From Thermoproteota archaeon (GTDB taxonomy: Archaea > Korarchaeota > Korarchaeia > Korarchaeales > Korarchaeaceae), in NCBI GenBank assembly GCA_027491915.1, contig JAOZGC010000002.1:128001-192000 (forward strand): a DNA stretch of 64,000 nucleotides, read 5' to 3'. Below, piece after piece: positions 49,319 through 57,642 of this stretch. Each line of letters starts with the position of its first letter. Positions within the stretch are counted from its first letter, which is position 1. The position numbers and the translations under genes were made by a program. The notes below the pieces were generated by a model, which was not told the origin of the DNA, made no database searches, and worked only from the letters and a program-made list of their open reading frames with translations.

Positions 49319-49590
49319 GGAATCTTAGGAGGACCTCCCATTTGATGTACCACGAGCTGGTGGGTCTCGCGGTCCAGGTGGTCGCGACTCCCCAACCTCA
49401 CGAATTCGGCCTCAGGGGGAAGGTGGTCTGGGAGACTGCCAACCTTTTAATAATCGAGACCCAGCGGGGCCTCAAGAGGATCCCCAAGGGCGGCAGGATC
49501 TTCCGGGTGTCCCTACCGGGCGGGACCGAGGTGGATCTCTCGGGAGATAAGATCCTGGGGCGCCCAGAAGAGAGGGTGAAGAGGTTATGA
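49315..49590 (+). CDS. rnp1: RNase P protein component 1 (Rpp29/Pop4)
   Basis: HELVGLAV, GKVVWETAN, IPK, GRPEERVK. Confidence 0.92.
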   Translation: MRNLRRTSHLMYHELVGLAVQVVATPQPHEFGLRGKVVWETANLLIIETQRGLKRIPKGGRIFRVSLPGGTEVDLSGDKILGRPEERVKRL

Positions 49591-49934
49591 GGGTGGAGAC
49601 GAGGAGATCCTTCCCCGGAGTTAGCCCGCCGGAGCGCGCGTGCGGCGACAGGAACTGCCCGTGGCACGGAACAATCTCGGTGAGGGGGAAGACAATGAGG
49701 GGAAAAGTTATATCTACTAAAATGCAACGAACTGTTGTTATTGAAATCAAATATGAACATTATATACCAAAATATAAAAGATATGAGAGAAGAAGATCAA
49801 AAATCCATGCCCACCTTCCACCGTGCTTGGACGTCGCCGAGGGGGACGAGGTCGTCATAGCGGAGACCAGGAGGCTTGCCAAAACCGTGAGCTTCGTGGT
49901 GCTCGGTAAACCTCATGAGGCGAAACAGGGATAA
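49587..49934 (+). CDS. rps17: 30S ribosomal protein uS17
   Basis: CGDRNCPWHG, KYKRYERRRSKIHAH, ETRRLAKT. Confidence 0.96.
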   Translation: MRVETRRSFPGVSPPERACGDRNCPWHGTISVRGKTMRGKVISTKMQRTVVIEIKYEHYIPKYKRYERRRSKIHAHLPPCLDVAEGDEVVIAETRRLAKTVSFVVLGKPHEAKQG

Positions 49935-49964
49935 AAATTTCGATTACCTCTCCTTATCTTCGGC

Positions 49965-51074
49965 TCACCCTTGGACTTTTCTTTTCCACCCGTACCTATC
50001 TTGATCATAGAACGGCGTCTCGACCACCTCGACGGATATCTTTCCCCTGGGCCCGAGAGACGAGAGCCTGGTTCCCGGCCGAGAACTTTCTATCTGGACG
50101 TACCCCATTCCTATCCCAAGGCCAATCGTAGGGCTGAATGCGCCGCTAGTTACGATACCAACCTCCTCCCCATCCCCTGTCAATAGCCTGTCTCCCGGCC
50201 TGGGCGCCCTCCTCCCGGTCGCCCTGAGGCCCACCCTCTTCTTCTCTCTTCCCCTGTCCCTCTTCTTCTCCAGGGCCTCCTTTCCTATGAAGTCTTCTTT
50301 CTCCATATCCACCGCGAACTCCAGGTCGGCCTCGAAGGGATCGGTCTCCTCGTTCATATCCTCCCCGTACAGGGGGAGACCGGCCTCCAGTCTTAGGATG
50401 TCCCTGGCCTCCAACCCACACGGCTGGGCCCCCATCGCGACCGCCTCCCGAAAGAACGTCGCGCCCTCATCTTGATCGAAGAAGATAATCTCGTAGCCGT
50501 CTTCTCCCGTGTATCCGGTTCTGCTGACCACGAGACCCCTGTCCTCAAGGTGGGCGACCCTAAACTTTCGCCCTGGAAGGTTCTCTCCCAAGATCTCTCT
50601 CACGGTCTGGACCGCTTTTGGCCCCTGAACGGCGACCATGGCCGTCTCCTCCGTTTCATCCTCCACGCTTAACTCCGATCCTCCCCAGGACTCCCTTACC
50701 TCATCTATCCACGAGATTATCTTCTCCCTCGAGGCCGCGTTCACCACCAGTATATATTTTGTATCTTCTAAAACCATAGCTATATCATCATCTTTTATAC
50801 CACCAAGGTTATTCAAAAATAAAGTGTACCTAGTTCTCCCTGGCCTCCCCGGGATGGAGTTAGACGTCGCGTAATTCAGGAAGGATCTCGCCCCGCCGCC
50901 TGAGATGACGATCCTGCCCATGTGCGACACGTCAAAGATGCCGACCGCCTCCCTGACGGCTATAGTCTCCCTCAACGCGCTGGAGTACCTTAGGGGCATG
51001 AACCACCCTCCAAATTCTGTGAACCTGGCGCCGAGATCCCGGTGAACCTCCTCCAGCGGGGTGCGGAGGGCCAT
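49965..51074 (-). CDS. gcvT: Glycine cleavage system aminomethyltransferase
   Basis: LRTPL, FGGWFMP, FDVSHMG, QGP, SRTGYTGEDGYE, ARDILRLEAG. Confidence 0.95.
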   Translation of the reverse strand: MALRTPLEEVHRDLGARFTEFGGWFMPLRYSSALRETIAVREAVGIFDVSHMGRIVISGGGARSFLNYATSNSIPGRPGRTRYTLFLNNLGGIKDDDIAMVLEDTKYILVVNAASREKIISWIDEVRESWGGSELSVEDETEETAMVAVQGPKAVQTVREILGENLPGRKFRVAHLEDRGLVVSRTGYTGEDGYEIIFFDQDEGATFFREAVAMGAQPCGLEARDILRLEAGLPLYGEDMNEETDPFEADLEFAVDMEKEDFIGKEALEKKRDRGREKKRVGLRATGRRAPRPGDRLLTGDGEEVGIVTSGAFSPTIGLGIGMGYVQIESSRPGTRLSSLGPRGKISVEVVETPFYDQDRYGWKRKVQG

Positions 51075-51118
51075 GACGCTCGCCCGGGAAACTTTATTGA
51101 ATATCGCTTTTAACTACT

Positions 51119-52462
51119 TTGGATCGGTCGATCATGATGGAAGCGGAGTTAGGATCCATATTCAAGCCGATAGTGGGGGAAGATAACTTCTTAGACTCCG
51201 AGATAGACCTCGAGGCCTACTCTATAGACGCCTCCAGGATTGCAGGGAGGCCCAAGGCAGTTGTCAGGCCGGGGGGAGAGGATGAGGTGGCCGAGATCCT
51301 CTCCGTCGCCAGCGAGAATGGAGTGCCCATCACCCCCAGGGGGAGGGGAACCTCCCTCGTCGGCGGGCCGGTGCCCCTGAGGGGCGGGGTAGTCCTCGAC
51401 ATGACCAGGATGACCGGTATACTGGAAGTGGACGAGGAGAACGGCCTGGTCTCAGCCTGGGCTGGCACCCCGGTGTCCGAGCTGCAGGACGCGATCGACG
51501 GCTACACCTTCCCCATAAATCCGGACGGCCTCGGCCTCTCCACCCTGGGGGGAATAGCGGCCGAGGATTCCGCATCGATGCTCTCCTCCATATTCGGCAC
51601 GGCCCGGGCCAACGTGGTGGGAGCTGAGGTGGTCCTCCCCAGCGGGGAGATAGTCGACCTCGGGGGAAAAATTCCTTCTGGTCCGAGGGTAGCCTTGGAT
51701 ACTTTCTTGGGATCAGAGGGAACCCTCGGCGTCTTCATCAAGCTGTCCGTCAAACTGGCGCCCCTGCCACCGTCGGCTAAGACGGTGGAGATAGAGCTCG
51801 TGGACGCCGTCGACGCCATCGACATAAACCAGAGCATGAGAAAATCGTGTCCCGTCCCATACACGATGGAGGTGATCTACCGGGATGTGCTAGATATTCT
51901 ACACGGTGAGGAGAAGGAGGCCGGGGCGGTGGCCAGGGTTGGATTCTATGGAAGTGAGAGCTGCGTGCAGGAGGCGGTCGATGGGCTGATCCGGGAAGCC
52001 TCCAAGTACCATCCTCTATCAACCGACGTAAGGGATGGGATGCCAAAACCGGCTCAGAGAGATCTTTACACCGCCTTGGAGCGGACGGAACTCAGCGTCC
52101 ACGTCCTGAGCGTTGCCGCGTCCCTATCTTACCTCAGAGACCACCTGCAGGAGATAGATCGGGTGTCCAAGAGTTTCAATTTGAATACCGTGAGCCTCGT
52201 TAATGTTCCACTTGGTTGGATATTGGTCGGGGTTCTCTTTGACCCAACCGATAGGAAATCGACCATGAGGACGGACGGCGCCGTGCGCAGGCTGTCAGAG
52301 AACTTCACCAGGAGTGGTGTATTCATGGGCTTCGGAACCGGGGTGGGGGCCTCCATGGCCGGCCAGATTGGGAGAAACGGACTGATCTCTGTCTACTCCC
52401 ACCTAAAGCGTGCCCTCGACCCGGTTGGCGTCATGAATCCCGGGAAGCTAGTCCCACTATAG
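51119..52462 (+). CDS. GlcD-like FAD-binding oxidoreductase (divergent catalytic domain)
   Basis: PRGRGTSLVGG, STLGG, GSEGTLG, DPVGVMNPGK. Confidence 0.8.
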   Translation: MDRSIMMEAELGSIFKPIVGEDNFLDSEIDLEAYSIDASRIAGRPKAVVRPGGEDEVAEILSVASENGVPITPRGRGTSLVGGPVPLRGGVVLDMTRMTGILEVDEENGLVSAWAGTPVSELQDAIDGYTFPINPDGLGLSTLGGIAAEDSASMLSSIFGTARANVVGAEVVLPSGEIVDLGGKIPSGPRVALDTFLGSEGTLGVFIKLSVKLAPLPPSAKTVEIELVDAVDAIDINQSMRKSCPVPYTMEVIYRDVLDILHGEEKEAGAVARVGFYGSESCVQEAVDGLIREASKYHPLSTDVRDGMPKPAQRDLYTALERTELSVHVLSVAASLSYLRDHLQEIDRVSKSFNLNTVSLVNVPLGWILVGVLFDPTDRKSTMRTDGAVRRLSENFTRSGVFMGFGTGVGASMAGQIGRNGLISVYSHLKRALDPVGVMNPGKLVPL

Positions 52463-52476
52463 GAGGTGCCTCCTGA

Positions 52477-53520
52477 TTGCCGCTCTTCACTCCCAGGCTA
52501 ACGGCCGACATCAGCAGGTGCGTGAGATGCGGGGCCTGCAACTCCCACTGTCCGGTCTACTCCCTCCACTCTCACGCGGAGACTAAATCTCCAAGATCAT
52601 GGATAAAACTATCTTCCTCAGTAAATAAAAAAGAAATATCCGTCTCTGTAGAGTTTATAGAATTCATGTACGGGTGCACCCAGTGCGCCCTCTGCAGCGG
52701 GGTTTGTCCCGTCGGTTTGGACCCCTCCTACATAATACTCAAAGTTAGAAAGGAGCTCATAGATCAGGGATACGTCCCGCCGATGGCGGTGGCCGCCCTG
52801 CCAGAGGAGGTTCTGGGGGGGGAGGTCTTCCCCACCCCCCTGGAGACGGTCGCCCCGATGGCGGGAGGTAGGCCCACTTACTTGGCCGGATGCTGGGGAG
52901 AATCGACCCCGGAGGTGGACGTTGCAGCCTCTGCCGCGCTGGAGAGACTGCTCGGGAAGATCAGGCTTGGAGATCGCGCTTGCGGCGTCATCCTCAGGTA
53001 CGCCGGTTACTTCGACCAAGAGGAGGAGGTCCTGGAGGTGCTGGTCAGGGAGAATTCGGACGCGCGATTCTTAGTCTCCGCGTGCCCAGAGCAGGTAAGG
53101 GCGATAAGGGAGAGTCATCCGGAGATGGACGTGAGGTTCATCTTCGATCTGCTCGAGGAAATTCCGGTCGGCAGGATCAGGGGGGAGAGATACCTCATCA
53201 TCCCTGACTGCCGAAGCCCGTCGGTTGGTGAGAAGATCGGGGAGATCTTGGCGGCCGCCGGGGCCGAGGCGATGCTGGCCCCGGACGAGTTGTGCTGCTC
53301 GTGCGGGCACCTAGTTACCCGCAGGGCTCAGCCAGACGTGATACGCCGGCTCGCCGTGGGAATTGTGAACGAGGCGACCGCCGTCGGGTCGAGCGCGATA
53401 CTCTTCGTCAATCCGGCTTGCTATGGGATGATCTCGGAGGTTATCAGGTCGGCCAAGGGAATCAAGTTCTCAGGTCGCCTGTCAGAGCCAGCGGAAGAAC
53501 TGCTCCGGCTCTTGAAGTGA
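52477..53520 (+). CDS. GlcF-like Fe-S protein with degenerate CCG domains
   Basis: CVRCGACNSHCP and CTQCALCSGVCP 4Fe-4S motifs; GC, ACG, SACP, CCSCG remnants. Confidence 0.75.
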   Translation: MPLFTPRLTADISRCVRCGACNSHCPVYSLHSHAETKSPRSWIKLSSSVNKKEISVSVEFIEFMYGCTQCALCSGVCPVGLDPSYIILKVRKELIDQGYVPPMAVAALPEEVLGGEVFPTPLETVAPMAGGRPTYLAGCWGESTPEVDVAASAALERLLGKIRLGDRACGVILRYAGYFDQEEEVLEVLVRENSDARFLVSACPEQVRAIRESHPEMDVRFIFDLLEEIPVGRIRGERYLIIPDCRSPSVGEKIGEILAAAGAEAMLAPDELCCSCGHLVTRRAQPDVIRRLAVGIVNEATAVGSSAILFVNPACYGMISEVIRSAKGIKFSGRLSEPAEELLRLLK

Positions 53521-54883
53521 CGCGCTGCCTCTTGGGTCTCCCAACCCCGGCGTAGAGGAACCCAGCCCTCTCAAAACCCTCCCTGTCGAGGGCGTTCTTT
53601 CCGTCAAACAGGATGACGCGTGATTTCCCGCCCACCATCCTCTTGAGACGCTCCGGCTCGATCCTCTTGAACTCGTCGTGATCCGCCCCCAGGATGATAA
53701 CGTCCGCTCCGCTCAGGGCTTCCTCCAGGCTGCCTGCCCTGGGAAGACCGAAAGACTCGGTGCTCATGGGGTCGTACACCACCACCCTCGCCCCGGCCTC
53801 CGAGAGGCTCAGCGCCAAGTCCCTCACCGGCGTCTCTCTGATGTCCGGCACGTTCCCCTTGTAAGTCACCCCGAGGATGGCCACCTTGGCCCCCTCCGGA
53901 TCCACGCCCTCCTCCTCCATAATCTTCAGTACCTGCTCGGCGCAGATCCTGGGCATGGCCTCGTTGACCTTGCGGGCCGTGGTCGTCAGCTCCAGGTTCA
54001 CCCCCTCCCTGCCCGCGGCCCTCGCCAGGAACAGTGGGTCCTTGGTGAGGCAGCTGCCGCCGACTCCTATGCCGGGTCTGAGTATGCGCACCCTCGGATG
54101 TCTGTTGGCCAGGGAGATCACCGACTCCACGTCCACGTTGAGGGCGGCGCACGCCAGCGCGACCTCGTTTGCGAACGCTATATTGACGTCCCTGTAGGCG
54201 TTCTCCACCAACTTAGACACCTCCGCCACCCTCACGTGGGTCCTGTGGAGCTCCCCGCGGACGAAGGATCCGTAGAGTCTCTCTACCAGATGGGCCGATC
54301 TCTCATCCAGGGAACCGATTATCCTATCATTTTCCCTCATCTCGTACAGAAGTCTTCCTGGAAACGCCCTTTCCGGGCAGAAAGAGTAAAACCAGTCCTC
54401 CCCCAACTCCATCCCCGTCTCCGACTGGACGAAGGGCACTATCTCCATCTCGGAGGTAAGCGGCGGGATGGTGCTCTCCACTATGAGCAGGGTCCCCGCC
54501 GTCATCCTGGCCGACGCCTCCCTCACGGCCGAGTAGACGTACGCCAGGTTGGCCTCGCCGCCGTCTATCCTGGGCGTCGGCACGGCCACGATGAACACGT
54601 CCGACCCATCCATGTCAGACGGATCGTGCGTGGGGGCGTACCTGCCGCTCGAGAGTTCCCCCCTAAGCAGCTCCCCGACGCCTGGCTCTCGATCCACCAG
54701 GTGATGCCTCCCCTCCCTCAACCCATCTATCAACCCGAGATTCAAGTCATACCCCACCACCCTGTATCCGGCGGAGCTAAGCAGCAGCGCCGTCGGCAGG
54801 CCTATGTAACCCTGCCCTATGACGGAGATCTTGGCCCTCCTAGAATCTATTCGGTTTAAAATGGTCAGATACGAACTCTCCAT
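53462..54883 (-). CDS. UDP-N-acetylhexosamine dehydrogenase (WecC/WbpA family)
   Basis: GQGYIGLPT, VAVPTP, ESTIPP, CPER, KLVENAYRDVNIAFANE, GVGGSCL, D.RETP. Confidence 0.9.
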   Translation of the reverse strand: MESSYLTILNRIDSRRAKISVIGQGYIGLPTALLLSSAGYRVVGYDLNLGLIDGLREGRHHLVDREPGVGELLRGELSSGRYAPTHDPSDMDGSDVFIVAVPTPRIDGGEANLAYVYSAVREASARMTAGTLLIVESTIPPLTSEMEIVPFVQSETGMELGEDWFYSFCPERAFPGRLLYEMRENDRIIGSLDERSAHLVERLYGSFVRGELHRTHVRVAEVSKLVENAYRDVNIAFANEVALACAALNVDVESVISLANRHPRVRILRPGIGVGGSCLTKDPLFLARAAGREGVNLELTTTARKVNEAMPRICAEQVLKIMEEEGVDPEGAKVAILGVTYKGNVPDIRETPVRDLALSLSEAGARVVVYDPMSTESFGLPRAGSLEEALSGADVIILGADHDEFKRIEPERLKRMVGGKSRVILFDGKNALDREGFERAGFLYAGVGRPKRQRVTSRAGAVLPLALTGDLRT

Positions 54884-55003
54884 CGCGATCGGCTCCTACA
54901 GAGGGCAAAATAAGGGTTCCCGGGTGAACGGTAGAAACGGTGTGAACGGTGGGGCCCGGTGGGTTGCCGGCCACCCGAAGGCCAGCCCGGTTCCCCCTAT
55001 CCG

Positions 55004-55207
55004 TCAGACCAGGGTGCCCTGTTCCTCCCTGACCTTCAGTCGGGTGATGTAGCCCGCTATCCTGTTCCTGTACACCTTGGATGGGATGTCCGCGACCCTG
55101 GACAACGTCCTCTTGTTGTGCTCGAAGTCCCTCGTCCAGATCTCTGGGTACTTCTTGACCAGCTCGTAGGCTATCCTCTTTATTGCCCTCTCCCTGACGG
55201 TGCCCAT
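55004..55207 (-). CDS. rps17e: 30S ribosomal protein eS17
   Basis: MGTVRERAIKR, DFEHNK, SKVYRNRIAGYIT. Confidence 0.95.
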   Translation of the reverse strand: MGTVRERAIKRIAYELVKKYPEIWTRDFEHNKRTLSRVADIPSKVYRNRIAGYITRLKVREEQGTLV

Positions 55208-55223
55208 CTCCCCGCCCCGGGCC

Positions 55224-56345
55224 TCACCACCCACTATTTAAAGATTCGGCGGCGGCCTCGACTATCTTCTCAGCCTGCGGCCTGACCTCCTCCTTTCTCC
55301 TGCGATGTTCCCTCAGGAAAAGAGCCATCCTCTCAGCGACCTCCCTCTTGCAGGGGCCGCACAGCCTCTCGCCGGACACGCACTTGTCCCACATCTCCTT
55401 CAGCTCCTCGTCGTCGTACAGGTGGAATCTGGCCAGCTCGTAGACCACGCACCTCGTGGGATCCCCGCCCAGCCTCCTCTGCTCCTCCGCGGTGTCCCTT
55501 CCCCCGGTGAACGCGTTCATGACCTTCCTGTAGGCGAGATCAGGATCGTCTGCCATGCTGATGAAACTCATGGGATCCCTCTTCGACATCTTCTTGTCAC
55601 CCAGGAGACTCCGCATGAGTAGGTGGTAGGTGGACGACGGCTCCACCAATCCGTACCTCGACCTCATCCTCCCGGCCACGTCCCTGGTTAGGCGGATGTG
55701 GGGATCCTGGTCTATTCCAACGGGGACCACCGTCGGCTTCGGCCCCCCGAGGTCGGGGTGCTGGGGGAGCAGTATGTCTCCCACCTGGATGAGCGCCGAT
55801 AGATACAGCCCTATGCCCCTCTCTCCGTAGACGGCCCTCATGGTGGCCATGGTTATTCCGCGGGCGGCTATCACCGCCATGCGCTGAACCCTGGCCTCCC
55901 TGCTTTGGAAATAGATGTAGGCCCTCTCAGGATCCAGCCCGGCCGCCAGGAGGTCCGCCACGTTGTCCACCGCCACCTCTCTGCTGACGTCGAAGAACTG
56001 TCCGTTGTCTTCCCACGCCTCCACGTCCGCTATGGCGAACACCGCCGAGGAGGCCGTGGACCTCTTCTGGAAGTAGACGAACTCCTTGGCCGTCTGAAAC
56101 GTTCCCAGGTGGTACGGGCCGGTCGGCTTTATGCCCGTTATCACCGCGTACTCCCTCCCGCTGATCACGGCGTCGGCCACCCTCTCGAGGTCCCTGTGGG
56201 CGAAGATGACGCCCCTCCTGAAGAAAGGACTGTCTCCGAACACCTCCATCAGCTTTTCGTCTATCCTCCTTATGCCGAACCTCTCCATAACCTCCTCGTA
56301 GTCCGACACCAGCGTGGTAGCCCATGGGTCGAGCCCTTCGCTCAA
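55224..56345 (-). CDS. trpS: Tryptophan--tRNA ligase
   Basis: DPW, FAHRD, TGIKPTG.YHLG, VPVGIDQDPHIRLTRD, KKMSK, FTGGR. Confidence 0.94.
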   Translation of the reverse strand: MSEGLDPWATTLVSDYEEVMERFGIRRIDEKLMEVFGDSPFFRRGVIFAHRDLERVADAVISGREYAVITGIKPTGPYHLGTFQTAKEFVYFQKRSTASSAVFAIADVEAWEDNGQFFDVSREVAVDNVADLLAAGLDPERAYIYFQSREARVQRMAVIAARGITMATMRAVYGERGIGLYLSALIQVGDILLPQHPDLGGPKPTVVPVGIDQDPHIRLTRDVAGRMRSRYGLVEPSSTYHLLMRSLLGDKKMSKRDPMSFISMADDPDLAYRKVMNAFTGGRDTAEEQRRLGGDPTRCVVYELARFHLYDDEELKEMWDKCVSGERLCGPCKREVAERMALFLREHRRRKEEVRPQAEKIVEAAAESLNSGW

Positions 56346-56420
56346 GGAGACACCCGTCAGACGGCTGGCGTCGAGGTGTTTTTTAATCCCCGCGGCGGCC
56401 CGCCGAGAGGTGCGCCGGTT

Positions 56421-57488
56421 ATGGACCTCGGGCCGGCCCTGACCGAGTTCGTGGAAAATTACAAACCGAAAATAGACGCTAGACTCCAGGAATTCTTGGA
56501 GTCCAGGGAGGAAGATCTGAGCAAAAAGGGGTTCAGCGGATACTACGATCTCCTGAGGGACTACGTCTCCAGGGGGGGTAAGAGGCTGAGGCCGATCTCC
56601 TGCCTAGCCTCGTACCTGGCCTTCGGCGGCAACAGGATGGACGAGATCCTGACCGCGAGCCTGAGCGTGGAGTTCCTCCACAACTCCTCCCTCATCCACG
56701 ACGACATAATGGACAGGAGCAATAAGAGGAGGGGGGGGCCGGCCTTCCACGTCGCCGCGTCCAACCTGATCCCGGGGGTGGACGACGGGGGACACCTGGG
56801 GATATCCCTGGGGATCCTCGGGGGAGACTCCCTGCTCGAGATGGGGGTGGGAGCCCTCATTTCCAGCGGATTTCCAGCCGAAAAGGTCAACTCAGCCATC
56901 TCCACCTTCGTATCAGCCTACAGAAAGCTGATAGAGGGACAGATCCTGGACCTGGCCCTCAGCAGGAGCGTATCGCCTTCCGAGGATGAGGTTCTCAGGA
57001 TGCTCTACCTGAAGACCGGCGCCCTGCTGGAGGCGTCGCTCACGATAGGGGGGATCCTGGCGGGCGCCGGGGACGAGGAGCTGAGAAGGGTGGGGAGGGT
57101 CGGGAAGAGGATAGGAATCGCCTTCCAGATCTGGGACGACTACCTGGGGCTCTACGGGGATCCGGCCGTGACCGGGAAGCCCGTTGGCAGCGACGTCAGG
57201 GAGGGAAAGAGAACCCTCCTCGTCGTGAAGGCCTTGGAGCTGGCCGACTTAGATGGCAGATCCTTGCTCCTCTCGGCCCTCGGCAACGAGTCTCTCACCG
57301 AGGAAGATCTGGAGAGGGTGAGGGAGATAGTAAGGGAGGTGGGCGCGCTGGACTACTCTCTGGGGGTTGCGGAGGAACTCGTGGGGGAGGCGCTCGCCGA
57401 GCTGGAATCCCTGAGGGGCAGTGCCAACGATTCCCACCTGGAGGTCCTCAGGGATCTCTGCAGGTCGGTTATCGGGAGGAACCGTTAA
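56421..57488 (+). CDS. Polyprenyl (geranylgeranyl) diphosphate synthase
   Basis: GGKRLRP, LIHDDIMD..RRG, GQILD, KTGAL, FQIWDDYL, GKPVGSDVREGKRT. Confidence 0.93.
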   Translation: MDLGPALTEFVENYKPKIDARLQEFLESREEDLSKKGFSGYYDLLRDYVSRGGKRLRPISCLASYLAFGGNRMDEILTASLSVEFLHNSSLIHDDIMDRSNKRRGGPAFHVAASNLIPGVDDGGHLGISLGILGGDSLLEMGVGALISSGFPAEKVNSAISTFVSAYRKLIEGQILDLALSRSVSPSEDEVLRMLYLKTGALLEASLTIGGILAGAGDEELRRVGRVGKRIGIAFQIWDDYLGLYGDPAVTGKPVGSDVREGKRTLLVVKALELADLDGRSLLLSALGNESLTEEDLERVREIVREVGALDYSLGVAEELVGEALAELESLRGSANDSHLEVLRDLCRSVIGRNR

Positions 57489-57512
57489 ATAAGCTCGCGG
57501 GCGCGGCGGCGC

Positions 57513-57596
57513 GCGCCCGCCTCTCATGACCTCCGCAGAGAGAGGAAGGCGTGGGCCGATCTCTGACGCGGAGGACTAGTGGGCGGGCGCACACCG
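57513..57596 (+). ncRNA. Candidate H/ACA-like guide RNA or structured dnaG leader
   Basis: TTAAATA at 57485; 10-bp lower stem, internal loop, 7+5-bp upper stem, K-turn-like GA/GA, ACA at 57591-57593. Confidence 0.5.
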
Positions 57597-57642
57597 GGTT
57601 CGCCCGCGATTTCGGGTCGTTTGAGTCGAGGTGATGTTTGGC

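Noticed and set aside
53678-54859. Long antisense ORFs (also 58069-59229, 37794-38831, 28217-29242 and many shorter ones)
   Set aside because: Shadow ORFs expected from high GC3 on the opposite strand of clear genes; no motifs
55905-56420. 527-aa version of the polyprenyl synthase
   Set aside because: The extension is the antisense shadow of trpS; RBS and ATG are at 56421
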